Shown piece by piece: positions 22,891 through 36,327 of a stretch of DNA of 64,000 nt. The position numbers and the translations under genes are program-made. The DNA comes from Patellaria atrata CBS 101060 (lineage: Eukaryota): assembly GCA_010093705.1 (NCBI GenBank), contig MU006090.1, forward strand, positions 620,001-684,000, read 5' to 3'. Position 1 is the stretch's first letter. Each line of letters opens with the position of its first letter. The notes below the pieces were generated by a model. The model worked only from the letters and a program-made list of their open reading frames with translations. It searched no databases and was not told the DNA's origin.

Positions 22891-25644
22891 TTACCAGGTG
22901 AAAAGCATCAAATTCGGATTCAGTCCCACGGGCAACAAAAAATGACAAACAACGCACGTAGCGAGCGGCCAAATGGCCGTGAAAAACTCGATCCGCCACC
23001 AAACCGGCACAACCCACTTCAGCACGACCATGCCCCCCGCACAGAGCGTACAAAACGCAAACGTCCACTTAAACCGCTTCAAAACCCTCGGAATCTCCTC
23101 GAAGAACGTCGTTTTCTCCGCCTCCTTAGCCGTCGCGCCCCAACTCATGTCTACGCCGAGGAAATGGCTCGCGAGCGCCTGGCTGACATGGATGCTGACG
23201 CCGCCGAGAAAGACGATGAGCAGGGGCACCCATTTGAAGTTCTGCACCAGTCCCCCGATGAGGGACCCGCTATCGGTGCGGTAGCGCAGCGCGGCGAGGG
23301 CGATGTTGCCAAGCGCAGTGAAGACGACGATGATGGCAAAGTAGATCTTGAAGGAGTCAATGTAGTAGTGATCTAAATGGCCGTTGAACCAGCCGGTGAG
23401 GAAGTAGTTGAGAAGCGTGAGCAGCCAGGCGGAGCCGAGGGCGTAGTAGGTCCCGATGTATGCGAGGATGGTGAGTTTAGAGGGCAACGGCATGGAGGAG
23501 GTGATGAAGCGCTTGAAGAGGGGTGTCAGGGGGCCCCTTTTGGGCCAGTGCGAGAAGGGGTGGAAGATCAGCTCGTTGCAGCCGTATGCGTATTTTTCCC
23601 AGCGCGCGAGCTCGTCGTACACGGTTAGTGAGACGCCTTCTTTGAAGCCTTGTGGGTTATAGGCGGCGAGGCGGACGAGGTAACCTGTTGTCTGGAGACG
23701 CAAAGCCATGTCGAAGTCTTCGCTGACGGTGGCTTCGCTCCAGAATTTTTCTCTGACGTCGTCGGTGCAGTGGTAGGAGACTTCTTGCAGGGCGGACCAG
23801 CGGAGGATGGCGTTGTGGCCGACGAAGGGGGCGACGTCGCCGTTCGCGACGGCGTATTGGATCTGTGTGTAGACGAGGTTTGTGAAAAATGTGATGCCGT
23901 TTTCGAAGAAGGAGTCGGTTACGTTCATGACGCCGGAGGAGAACTGGATGATCGCTACTTCGGGGGATTGTTCCATCTCTGAAACAGCATCCAAGAAACA
24001 GTCGACCGGCACCCGAGTGTCGGAGTCAATGAGCAGAATGTAATCACCCATGCGGATGTTGCCCTCAGCCCATGTCTGGCCGTCATCTTCAGCCACGACT
24101 TCGGCAAGAGCTGAGGTGTAGGCGGCATCTTGGTCGTAGGATTCAACACCGGTACGATGCAATATTTGTTCAAGTTTTTCTTCGACGCGGTTACTGACCC
24201 ATAGTGCGTAGTTCATGTTACTTGCTTTCTTGAACTTGCCACGTCGGTGAAAGACGGGTTTATCACCTTCGCCCTTGGGGTTATGGGCAGGACGGGCTAC
24301 CCAGCCGATGTTGTGCTCATCATAAAAGTCTTGTCGAGCGCGAGCATCTGCTTCGGAGATGAGTTGCATACCATCGTCGTTGACAAAGATGTTGGCTGTG
24401 CCGCCTTGCATTTCGTAAGTAGAAATGGCGGCTTTAATGGATCTGATTGTAGGTTCAATAACGGAGTGAAGGCCCTCCTTGTAAACAGGACATTGAATCG
24501 TAATATGAGGGAAGACAGTTTTACTGCGATCCAACCTCTTAGGTGGAATTCCGGAATAGAATTTCGTATTCTTTCTCATTTGATCAACTGGACCTATGAG
24601 CTGAGCTACGTTACCAGTCAATGCTTGGAAAAAGAACTATCCCAAAGTCAGTAAATTTCCGAGTAGGAGGGACTATGCACATACTAATGATAACCAAAGC
24701 TGCGGTATCACAGCCGCGAGCAAAGCAAGTCGAATATAGTTACCATCAACATAAACCTCTATAGCTATGCGTCTCCAACCACCACCCATCGCAGATATAG
24801 CGAGTATAATAGTAATAGCTGTCAATACCGGTTGGATAAGCACGACACGACGAGGTTGCTCTTCCGTTAGACTTTCCGAATCAGTAACAGATGAGACTTG
24901 AGTTTGAGGTTCCTTCTTCTCGTCTTCTTCCGGGTATCCGGAGCTGTTCTTCCAGATAGATGCTAACAAAGCACTTTCAAGCTTCTCGCATCGTTCCAGC
25001 ATTTTCCTCGGTTGATCTTCCCACACAACTAAGAGTCCGCTGTCCTCTATAAACGCGGCAAACTGATGTTTCTGACATCGCGGTAATGCTGATATGGTTG
25101 GTAATACTTGTAGTCGTAAACCGGGTTCAATCTCAACGTAGGAATAAGTGTTATTATGGAGTAGAATCTTGATAACTCTAGTGTTGACCGTCATGGCGAC
25201 CTGTGAAGTTTCAATATCAATATCATCCTACTTAGTGAAAGACGGGGCACATACCCGAACATTGAGCGCTTTAATCGCAGCCAGGAATTGCGAGTTATCA
25301 TTCATCAACGAAGGAGGCGAGCACGTATAAGCATCTCTGCTTTTTTTCAAAACAACACCCTCTCCAGGACCTCCTTGCGACCATAACTTTTCCATCTGCT
25401 GCGACTGAAGCCAATTGACCATAACATCGCATTTGATATCGTTAACTTCCTGCATCGCGGCGTTTCTGAAGTCTCCAACTGGGTACTCAAACCCAGAATT
25501 CGACTGATTTTGTGAATCTTGCCATGGGGAATTGATCGGAGCCGTTGGCGACACTTCTCCCTGTTTTAGCTCGACCGATTTCTCTGCGCTCTTCTTCTTG
25601 CCCGAAGCCTTTGTGGGCGCAAAGTATGACTTGAACGCGTTCAT
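22891..25644 (-). CDS. Membrane GT2 glycosyltransferase (Glyco_trans_2_3 type; exons 25644-25255, 25200-24685, 24636-22891)
   Basis: PHITIQCPVYKE, FVNDDG, KKASNMN, LLIDSDT (DxD), VSEDFD and RWEKYAYG motifs, with C-terminal TM helices. Both GT-AG introns restore the frame. Confidence 0.93.
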
Positions 25645-27866
25645 TAGGACTGGTTGGGAATGACAAAACAGATAGAAGTGTAGTCGACTTTTGGATTAGA
25701 GTGCTAATATCAAGCGTCGATCACACAGATACCCGAAAGAGCTTAAGGAGGTAGCAATATCGAGCTCGAACGGGCAGAGGCTTGAAGTGGCCTGTCAAAA
25801 TTTCAACGTGAGAGCCACCATGTAATACAGGGTCAAGCCAAAACGGAGGAATTAAATGAAGTGTTACCTGAGCGTTGTAACGACTGTAGAAAGAAAAGCA
25901 ATAGGGAAAAGACTGGAAGTCAATTAAGACAGCGCGCAGACGGCGGCGGCAGTTGAATAGCTTATCATGATAATATCTCGTAGATATCAATATAGCAAAT
26001 ATACTCTCCCATCTCTATGGCCTACAGTGTTATGAGTTCTAGAGAGATCTAACAGGTACGGCAGCTCCGAAAACAGAGCCTTGGGCCAGTGCCACAGCTC
26101 GAAAAGGGAGTGGAACCTGGTCAATTACTCTGAGTTGTCTCCCAGAAAAGGTAATTCCCCTGTATCAACTCGGGGGTCTAATTCTTAGATCTACAGGCTT
26201 CCACACCTCTATTATCACTTGCCCAAGCGGTGGCGCGCGAGCAGTAAGGAACAATCTCCGTGTCGAGTCTTCCCTCGAGAGTGGGACTGGCCTAGCAGGA
26301 ACCCGATATCGAGATGCAGGAATGCAGGACTGTCCATGCTCGCGTGCATTCTCGCGGGATGAAAGCATTGAGATATTTCGGGCCCCACTAGTTAACAATA
26401 GATCCTCCGGATGAAGTATGTTATCGTGGCAGCGATCTATGATCAGTCCCTTATCTAGTATTCACTGTTAATAATCCTTGATGAAGTGTAGGTTCATCGA
26501 GCTGAAAATGATGTGTCCTGCTCGGGTGCGACTCGAGTCGTACATATGCGAAACTTGGAAGAATCTCGATAAACAGGAGATCAAATACTGTAACTGAACT
26601 TACGGTAGTCGCACAGCAGATGGGCGATATGAGACATGTCGAAGTAAAAGTCCCGAGTATTTGTACAACATGGGTCATCTTGATAGAGATCCAATGGCAT
26701 CTCCAGCATTCACACGTTGAGCAGGGAGTCAGTTATTGACCTGATGTCTGGATATATCAAATATCGACCGCCTCGCTTGGCTGATTGTCGTTTTCCCGAT
26801 ATCTTGAGGCTCCACTGCGACCTCCCATGCAGCTCTATTGAAGGCCAAGACAATCGCTTTAGGGATACTGTAAAGTAAACAGGATAAAGAGAAGATACCT
26901 TAACGGCCAAGGTTGTATACACCTGCATCGAACCGCATGAGGTTGTTTTCCAGACGTCAAAAGAGAAGCAAGATGCACCTCCGAGTAGGTCAGCCAAATC
27001 ACATCCCCAGCCACAACGCTATTGGAGGAAAAGGGCGTCTACCGTTAGACACCGTACAAAATACGTTAGGCTTGCCGTTGATCCTGCCCCCTTCTGTTCA
27101 ATCGACGAATATCATGCAAAAACTCAATAGACGCTGGACATGACAGAATGCAGCGTTCGGAATTGATCGGTACGCGGCGCGGCATACCGAAGGCATGGTA
27201 ATTTCCACATAGGTATTGGAGCTGCGAAGAAAAAAACACTTCTTCGTCCTCAGTAGGTAAATAGACAAGTATAAAACTGAACATCTTTAAAAGCCCTCTT
27301 TCAAAACGGTCGGAGGGAAAATGTCATCTAACGGAAAAGCTCTATCCACCATATTCCAGAGTCAAAATACGATCCCCAACATGGCACAAGCTCCGTATCC
27401 AAGGTGACAAGTGCATTTCTGCGCGACCACACTTCGTTCCAGATGCTCCTCTACGTGCATGCAGCCCGTACCTGAAAGCCAGAAACCACCTGTCGTACCA
27501 CGACCGGGAGAAAAACCTGAATGCGACAGATGGTGGCAGATCATGGTTATGCAACGTATTCAGACAGGTTAAAGCGGTTCTGATTGATAAGTCTTTGATC
27601 TCGAGGGATTCCTAGTGTGTTATACAAGTACAGGGAAGAAACATAAAATAATAGGAGAATGAAACCAAAACAAAACCTGAAAAGGCCCAAGAATAGTAAG
27701 TATCTGCTCCTTTACGCCGTCGCGTGGAGAAATGCTCGCATGAAAAAAATGCATGAGTAATAAAAATATTGTATGAAGAATTGCCATAAACAGTATATGG
27801 GTGGTACGATCCATCTACAGGCGACTGCGTGCACAGTAGTAACCAAGAAAGTAAGAATAATATATA

Positions 27867-30800
27867 TCAAGTACTAGAGAACGATGGTTAGCATTTCGAT
27901 TAGATGAAGATTTGGAAGTTCATGACTTACTAAATTTCCAGCGGTGCGATTTGATCAACAGTATAGAACCACCTACCACCCGACTCCTCCTTCGCAAGCC
28001 AATCGTATGGAAACACTACTAAATGGCCCTGCACCAAATCCATCAACTCACTACAGGCCTCCGGATCCAAAATAGCACTCGGGTCATTCGCATGGAAAGC
28101 CCGCGTGCTACTCTTGGTCGTAGCTCGCCTTCTTCTCCTCTGACTTCCCGTCAAAGTGCCCTGTCTGTTTACACTCCCGGTTGGATCATGAGTACCCTCA
28201 GAGTATGTAACTGTTCTCTCGCGGCCAAGGCTCGACGACGCTGCGCCATCTACTTGTGCGGAGTCCAAGCTATTATTGCTCCTCTCTTTATCCTCGTTAC
28301 GAAGGGCCGCTTTCTCATCGTTTGCTTGTTTCTCATCTTGTATCTGCTCCTGGGTCCATTCTTCCACGGTTCCCATGGGATGGTTTTGTTCGTTGGAGCG
28401 GCTACCAACTTTCTCCATGAGTTTCTCGCCGATGATCTCGATAGGTTGACCTGCGCGCCCGATAACCTTTTCAATTTTGCCGATGCCTGTACCAGGTGGC
28501 CCAGTTTGACCGGGCGCGTCTTGTGCGCGGTGGGTGGTGCTCTTGATGCCGAATTGTGACTCTGAGAACCTCTCTTGGAAAACAACATACTCCTTGTACT
28601 CTTTCCAAGTTTGAACCTCATTATCGGGCTGACAGCGGAATACATTACGGAATAATTTGGTGTTGTTCTCGGCGACCTGGTGCCAAGTATCAATTACAAA
28701 CGATTCACTGAGTGGGTCTTTCATGCAGTTCGGTGTGACGACTGGTTTCTTCATCTCTGCGATCAAAGGATGAATGATCTCATGTGATAGAGCACTAAAC
28801 CTCCGAGTGAGAGGTGGACCACCGATATCCGTATCGTCCACGTGTGGTAGTGGAGGTAATTGCGAAAGTTGGGTAAGGCCAAGTTCCCGTGTATCCATTC
28901 GAGGAAGAGGTAATGGTGGTAGACCATGGTTTCCCTCAGTACTAGCGCTATTGATGCTCTCTTTAGTGATGGTGTGAGCCCGAGTGCGAGACTGACTTGA
29001 ACCCTTCTTAGGAGATTCAATAGTACCTTTGCCTTCAGATGCTGTATGTGATATGAGGACCTCTCTCCCGAACGTGTCAACTGTTGAATCACGTCCTAGT
29101 GCTTCTCCACTTTGTTCGAAATCTAACATGTGGTCTGGCCCTCGACCCTCAACGTCCTTATGATGTGCTTCGTTACCGTTAATTCGGGAATCTACGGTAA
29201 GTTTTTTGGTAGTCATGAGATGAGGGTTATTTTCTTGCTCCCAATCGACATCATGATTAAAGCTGCGTAGTTCGTCCTGCCTGTTGATCAAATCTTCCTG
29301 TAGTCTATGTCTATTCTTGATGAGCTGTTCTTGAGTTGCGGCATCTGATTGAGTAGAACGTGCATCCGAATCATCGTGGAATCGATCCATTTCTGCTTCG
29401 AATTGCTCACGATGCTCCTGCTCCTCGATCTCGTCTACATTCACTCCAAGATGTTCCCTCATCAAGCGCATTCGGAGGGTATGAGGAAACTTACCGACCA
29501 AATATTTCTCGCCACCCATATATGACTCTATCATTTCTCGATCACGGACGATAGCAGCAACTTCAGAATCCCTTGAACCAAGCATTGACCGTTCATTAAT
29601 ATTGGCAGATCCGATGATAGCAACCCTATCATCCACAACCATACACTTGGCATGAATATAAAGTTGTTCCGTGGTAAAGGCTTTATTAGGACCAATACGA
29701 CCCCACGATCGTAACGAGTAAAATTGGATATAGTCCTCTGGTTCAATATTGGCAGCTCGCAACCTCCCAAAAATTGAAGTCTCGCCACGACAGATGCTGC
29801 GATACTGGCATGTCATGATTAACCGAACACTACTGCCATCCTGGCTATCAACTGTATTCTGGAAACCGGGCATGAGCGGAATAACGATGATTGCTCTCCA
29901 ATCCTCTCCGTTTTCATGTGCACGGATAATTCTTTCAACTAAAGCGTCACCGATAGTGTTAATTATCTGTGTATCTTCGACATTACAACTGCTGATAAAG
30001 AACTGATTCTCAATGTACACGAAATGGTCCGATGTTTGGATGCACTTAGTGTAGGCATTCATGATACTGCATTCGACTTTGTCTGGTGTTCCAATTGACC
30101 AGGCGGAAGCCGAACGAAGCATTTGGATCTCGCAGGTTCCATCAAGCTGTAGTGCTTCAAGGTCGGCTTGCAAGAAATCGGGAGCAGGTAGCAAGAAAGG
30201 AGTGGGGCGAGAAGGCGTACGCTGTCGAAGTATGTAGTTCCAGCGCTGGACGAAGTGGCGAGTTAGATCTCGAGCTGGTTGTCCTACAATTTGCATAGCT
30301 ATATCATGCCATGGCATCCGAGGGACCTTTGTCCTATCATACATCTCCTCGTATGGACGATCGAGTGCGTAGAAATCTTGGATCCTGGGATTTGAGTAAT
30401 CTTTTCCTGGCCATGATTGACAGTGTTCGGAATCCTTTGGCATATCATTAAGTTCAAAACCTGTAAGCTTATCATCAATAAGAGAATGCTGAGGTGTATC
30501 CCAACGACCAAAGCAAAGATCTACTCCACCGCAGAAAGCTACCGTATGATCAACGATACATAGTTTCTCGTGATGTGCCCAAAAGAACGTGTTTTGTCTG
30601 AACTGATTTGGAGAACGCTGCACGAAAACATTCGGATGAAGGTCTAATAGCGAGAACTTTGAATATGTGGAGTCAATCGGAATTGCGGTGTTGATATTGC
30701 GATACATTATCACAAAGACCTTTACACCTTCGCGGGCTTTTCTTTGCAGTAAGCGATCCAGTCTCCATTTCTGGCTAATGGCCGCGGGGCGTCGAAGATA

Positions 30801-33359
30801 GAGTTCAGGGCTAAGCCACCAATCGTGAATGTATATCACATCCTTCGCCATTGAGATGGCACGAGAAACGTTCCACATGTAGTCTCTTCCGTCAACAAGC
30901 CATTGTGCGAAGACTCCATGTCTGACAGGTGCAAAACTATCAAAGCGATGCTTCTTAGACCAGATGGTATTGTCGACCATGAAATTTATAGACTCTTCGA
31001 ATTGATGCTGAAGTCTTTCATGTTTCGCCCAAAGTTTAACCTTCCGCTCCGAGTTGTACAGTCTTAGAGTATGTCGTTGAGGTCGAGTTGCAGACTCTTT
31101 GGCCGTTTTTGCCAGATCTTTACCGCGGGTATCTCTCAGTCTCTTCTTAGCTTCCAGTTTCCAATCCGAGTCGACCAGAAAGACGTCGTATATGTTCATA
31201 GCTTCCGGCGAGTCTATGCACACAATGTAACTGTTCCTGACCATAAACCACTTGGATTCATGTCTATGCTTGAAGTTGTATGGGGTAAGTCTTTTCCTGA
31301 AATCCATACCCTTTCCAGATGTGATGTGAAGGTTTCCTTCTTTCCCGTGATAGCCACCCTCTCCCGCTAGACGGACACCCAAAGCTGAGAGCTCAAGAAA
31401 TTTGCACAACCGATTGCTGTCGGCACGAAATCTTGAGAAACTAATTAGAGCTCGTAAGTAAACCTCGAGCTTCTTCCTTTGCCGCTCAGCATAGTTCTCC
31501 TTCTTCGCGGCCGGGTCTAAGACAGATGCACCGGTGGTGCTTCCTTGACGCATATCATGTGTCAGCGCAACAGGGCTTGAAATACTTGATTTCCTCCGTG
31601 CGAATGCATGGGATGACCGTCGTCTTGGATTTCTTCTCGGTCTGTCAGTACCGCTCGCATCTCCATCGGTTGCTTCTGCAAGGATTGGTTCATCATCTTC
31701 GTCTTCAGATTCGATGAGGCCTCTCATCCCGCGTAGATATGGAAAAGCGCCCCTAGGAAACCGTGGTAATTTGACGCGCCGAGTATCCTCAGATTTCAGT
31801 TGAGTATATTTTTCAGTTTGACCCTGGAGCTTGTACTTCATGTGTAGTTTCGCAAAGTCGACCAAAGTCCTATGAACAACCCACTTCATTCTAGTAATAC
31901 CGCTTCCATATTCTAGTTCGATACGGAACAATAAGTGGCGGTCGCCAGACTTTGTTTCGTTAGTCTGACTATCAGTAATACTAACTTTAAGTTGCTCTAA
32001 AAGTATGGGTATCCTTCTATGCCCATTTTCATCTCGCTGGAACATACTAGCAAGGAATAGCGCAGCTGGAGCGCCTGCCAGTAGTTCCGCCATCAGCTCA
32101 GCAGATTTCGCGTTATCCAACCTACTCGCTTGCTTTTGCCTTCCAAGTAATTTTAGGCCATTCTTAATCCTCTCCCACCGAAGAGCACTGATACTGGTTG
32201 AACGCTCAGTACGACCTTTGGCAGCAGAGAGGTCACCTATACCGGTGAACCGCCGCAAGTGACTCGGCCTTCTGCTTTCATTCGTGCTCTCCTGGCTATC
32301 GTGGCGATGACCAAGCCCCATGCTGTAACTTAAACCACGAGCTCCATGAATGCCACGTTTCCAGGCACTTTCTCTGAGTCTTTCGCGTCCTTCATCCTCC
32401 GAAACCCCTTGTCGTTGGTTCTCCGGGATGTCTGTCATAGTAGCTCTGCGAAACAATAGGCCCGGTCGATAGCTAGAAGAAGTAGCAGTTGGGGAGTCAT
32501 GAGAAAATGAGTGAGAGCTCATTTTCGGTGTGGTAGGTGCAGTTTGAGTTCCTCCATCGGCTCGACGATGTCTCTTCCTCTTACGATATTGTGCAGGACC
32601 TGGCGTGGCCTCGGATGCGCTCTCTTCCGCATCTGCATCGTCTTCGCTCTCTGGAATCGCGATCTTCGGGCGGAAGCGGTCAGATATCGGGGTATATGGG
32701 GTACTATCTTCCTGTTTCGCCGACTCTCCGACATTATACGCGCTTGAACTCCTACCATGACTTGACATTGCTGGAACAGCCAAAGCTTTCAGCTTCGTAA
32801 ATATGGATTGCGAGCCTTTGTCCTTTCCAACATTCTGGGCATCCTCCTCTTCCACTGACTGGTTTCTTGAGTGGGATGGGCCTGACTCAAACGTGGTGGA
32901 ACGTGCAAACTGTACGCTGCGACGGCCAGTTGGTGTTATGCATCCTGCCTCGCCACTCTTAGTTCTTGCTGGATGTTCAAGCACCAGATCTAGGTCCCCA
33001 TTCGTGATGTTTTCCAGATTGCTTGTTCCGACAGACTTGTTCACACCAGGGTCGGAGTTCGATATCAATTCTTTCGTAGGATTGCTGGCTGCGTATGTAT
33101 GATCGAGAAATGGAAACTCTGGAGGTTCTGTTGCTACCCTATGAAGTTTAGGAGTACCATTGATCACAGGTTTAATGATCGTCCCATTCCGTGCTTCTGA
33201 AACCGAAGCATCGCTGAGCTTCTGCTCCTGACGGAGAGGTGAAGAGAACCGAGCGCCTTCCGCACTGCCATCAAGATTGTTATTAACTTTGGGAAGAGGG
33301 GAGCGTGACCGTGGGCTTCGTGTCATTGGAGATATGCTCTGATCCCTCATGTCGGCCAT
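27867..33359 (-). CDS. SPO14: Phospholipase D1 (main exon 33359-27931; 7-nt last exon 27873-27867)
   Basis: PX and PH regions and two HKD motifs (WAHHEKLCIVD; IHAKCMVVDD...GSANINERS). A terminal intron 27930-27874 (GTAAGT...GCTAAC...TAG) gives the end ...APLEIYT*. Confidence 0.96.
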
Positions 33360-34041
33360 CGTGCTCTAAGACTGTTGTAGTCTCACGGCCGTGAGATTAT
33401 ACCGGAACCTCCCAAAGGTGCCCTCCCCTTCTCGTTCTCCCGACCAATTGTATAAGCGCGATTCCAAGGACATGCGGCTGAGTATGAGGATGATGGCTAG
33501 ACGTTTCGGAAGCTACGTAGGAGAATGATTGGAGGTACACCATGCAGATGCCTCAAGGGACGACGTATATATATCAAAAATTGTGCGTGCAAAGGTTCAG
33601 ACGGAAAGTAAAATGGGAGAGTTTGTTATATCGTTCTCGTCTGGTTTACTGGGAAATGATGCTTCCCACCCCGTGGGTTGATCATCACATGGGTCGACCA
33701 CGGATTCTAACCAGATTTATGGGAACTGTGGCTAGTGAAGTAAATATGGTTAGTTCAAGCTTCTGTGGCCGTGCAATTCAAAGAACTTAACGGTATTACG
33801 GTAAATGATCGTGATATCAATACTGTCCTATAATTCCTATAATTTCCCTGTCTATTCTACCTATAATAGCATTTACCCGCTACACTTTGGTTTTTCTTAT
33901 ACAATACCTCGGCACCTACTGCAATTATGTCGCGACTGTCACCCCGCGTTCCTAAACACCATGAACTCATAACCCTCTTACTATGGGCTCCTCAACCTAA
34001 CTAATAGACATCCTACGTACTCAATCGAACTCTTTTGCACA

Positions 34042-35300
34042 ATGGCAACCACCAACCCCCTCCACCGCACACACCCTCACCCCATTCCCCCCATCTCAAC
34101 CCTCACCCTCCCCATCGGCGGAATTCCCGTAACCATCCACGGGCTGACCGAGCTCCCACCCTCGACCTCTTTCCTCGCGATCCTCTGGCTCCTCCATCCT
34201 CGGCTTCAAGATGCCTCATCAATGACTCCGCTCGCGGCCCACTGCATCCACGCCTGGAACACACAGGTCTCCAACAGCGGGAAAGGGAGCACCGTAGGTC
34301 TGATCGGCGTATGCTTCGACCATCGAAACCACGGCTCAAGACTCGTAGACGCGAAGGCGAATCAAGCATGGAGGGAAGGCAACGAGAGCCACGCGATCGA
34401 CATGTTCGCCTGTTACAGTGAGTTTCCCCTACTCCAACCATCCCCTCACTTATCCTGTCTCTTACTAAACTAACACATCCAGACGGCACAACCCACGACA
34501 CCCTCTCCCTCCTCCCTCACCTCCCCTCCTACCTCCTCCCCCATATCCCCTCTCAAATCCCCTCCCCAACCAACCTCCTCCACCCCTCCAACCTAACCCA
34601 TCACGCCCTCGGCGTCTCCCTCGGCGCCCACACAGCCTGGCAACTAATTCTGCAACCCCCCTTCACCTCCTCAACCATCCTCCTCGGCTGCCCGGACTAC
34701 ATAAACCTAATGCTCCACCGGGCCTCAAAGTCCCGTCTCAAATCCTGGACCACCGCCCATCCCCCGGGCTCGCATTTCCTCGGCAGCCCTTCCTTCCCCC
34801 CTCCCCTCGTCTCCGCCGTCCGATCCAGTGATCCCGCAGCCCTACTCATGGGCACAGAGTGGGTCGGGCACTCCCCCCCAAACACCCCCCCGACCAGTCC
34901 GGGTTTATGGCAACCCTCACAAACCCAACCCTCCTCCCCACCCCAGCCGTCCCTCGCAAACAAAAAAATCCTCGCCCTCTCCGGCGGCGCCGATAAACTC
35001 GTTCCCCGCGCCTGCTCAGCACCCTTCCACGCCTGGCTGCGCGACGCGGCCGACGCCCGGGGCTTCGAGTTCACGGACGTGGTATTTGAGGGTGTGGGAC
35101 ATGAGACTACGCCTGCGATGGCGGAACGGGCGGTTGAGTGGGTGTGTGGTGTTTTGGCGTGCTTGGGGGGGGAAGTGGGTCGGGGAGATGGAGGTGGAGA
35201 TGATGAGGTGGTAAGGGAGGTGGGGAAGGGCCGGGAAGAGGGGAATGTAGGTGATAAGGTGGGGAGGAGGTTGGAGAAGGGGGTGGGAAGTAAGATATGA
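34042..35300 (+). CDS. Alpha/beta-hydrolase fold protein (exons 34042-34417, 34483-35300)
   Basis: WLLHPRL, FDHRNHGSR, nucleophile elbow GVSLG, SGGADKLVP (Asp) and EGVGHE (His). The intron GTGAGT...CTAAC...CAG restores the frame. Confidence 0.88.
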
Positions 35301-36327
35301 TGAATTTGTATATATGATACGTGTGAAATAGATACCCAGATATACCTTCTACCTTCTACCAAATCCCATTTCGATTAAGCAATTTCAAAAGACGCAGCGG
35401 GAGAGGTATCACACCGCGCGAATACTACGATTTGAATATGCCGTATGCTCTATCTACCGTCTCTCCAATACGCATATCGATCCTATATGAATTCTAGTGG
35501 GTGAGGAAGGGTCGGCATCGCTCAAACTGGAGGTCTAGTCCACGAAAGGTGGGTGTGTGGGTTTTCCAAGACTAGAAGATTAGGCGGATGGTACGGGATT
35601 TGGTATGGCATAGTCTATAGTACGCGATATGGCATAGCACGGGATATGGTATGGAATGAGCTATGGCGTATGGCAGAAGGTGAGATGGATGGAAGCTTGT
35701 ATGAGATATAGTTCACAAGGGTTGGACTGGTAGGGGTATGTGGAATAGGAGGTGGCATGAAACTGGGTGGCATAGGAGGTGGCCCACGAGGGAGATGAGC
35801 TGGGATGTTGTACGATACGACAAGACCTCCATATTCAAAATCACGGCGCGAGTATTCAGGTCTCAAACCCACCCTAAGCCCTCCGAAGCACATTCATGTA
35901 CTTCAGTTCGAGCGAACGTGCATGGTGTAATAATATCTTTGAGTAAGGACTATAGAAACTAGCTCTGCCCTCCGTAATACAATATCTTCGTATTACAGTA
36001 TAAAGCGTATGTGGTGTAGAGATATCTGTAGATAGGAACGGACCATCGACGAGGTATATAAACAAGCGTTGAACCACCAAAAAAAGTGCGAGTGATGACA
36101 ACCAAACAACCAATAAACACAGGACGAACGGAGACTCAGCAACAGATATGTAACTAAGACCAGCAGGGAACAGAGACAGGTAGGAAACCGCTCGAGCCCA
36201 CTTTAACGCAACCAGTCTCTTCAGACCTTTCATAGACAATTACCGAACCTCTAATAGAGAATTACTACTCCTTCCATAACATTGCAGACAAGACACTTCG
36301 ACTCATCGCTCAGGAGCTAGGTCTACC

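Noticed and set aside
18307..33359. Lipid/glycolipid cluster (ceramidase + GT2 + PLD)
   Set aside because: The block is interrupted by an unrelated splicing-factor gene, all members are widespread genes, and I saw no shared regulatory motif.
33388..33415. TPP-riboswitch-like words (GTGAGATTATACCG...AACCT)
   Set aside because: The downstream GATC...AAT.CCAGCG core is missing, and the stretch is antisense to the PLD leader rather than in a thiamine gene.
35585..35700. Degenerate pentamer repeats (ATGGC/ATAGC/ATGGT)
   Set aside because: An ordinary decayed microsatellite between convergent 3' ends.
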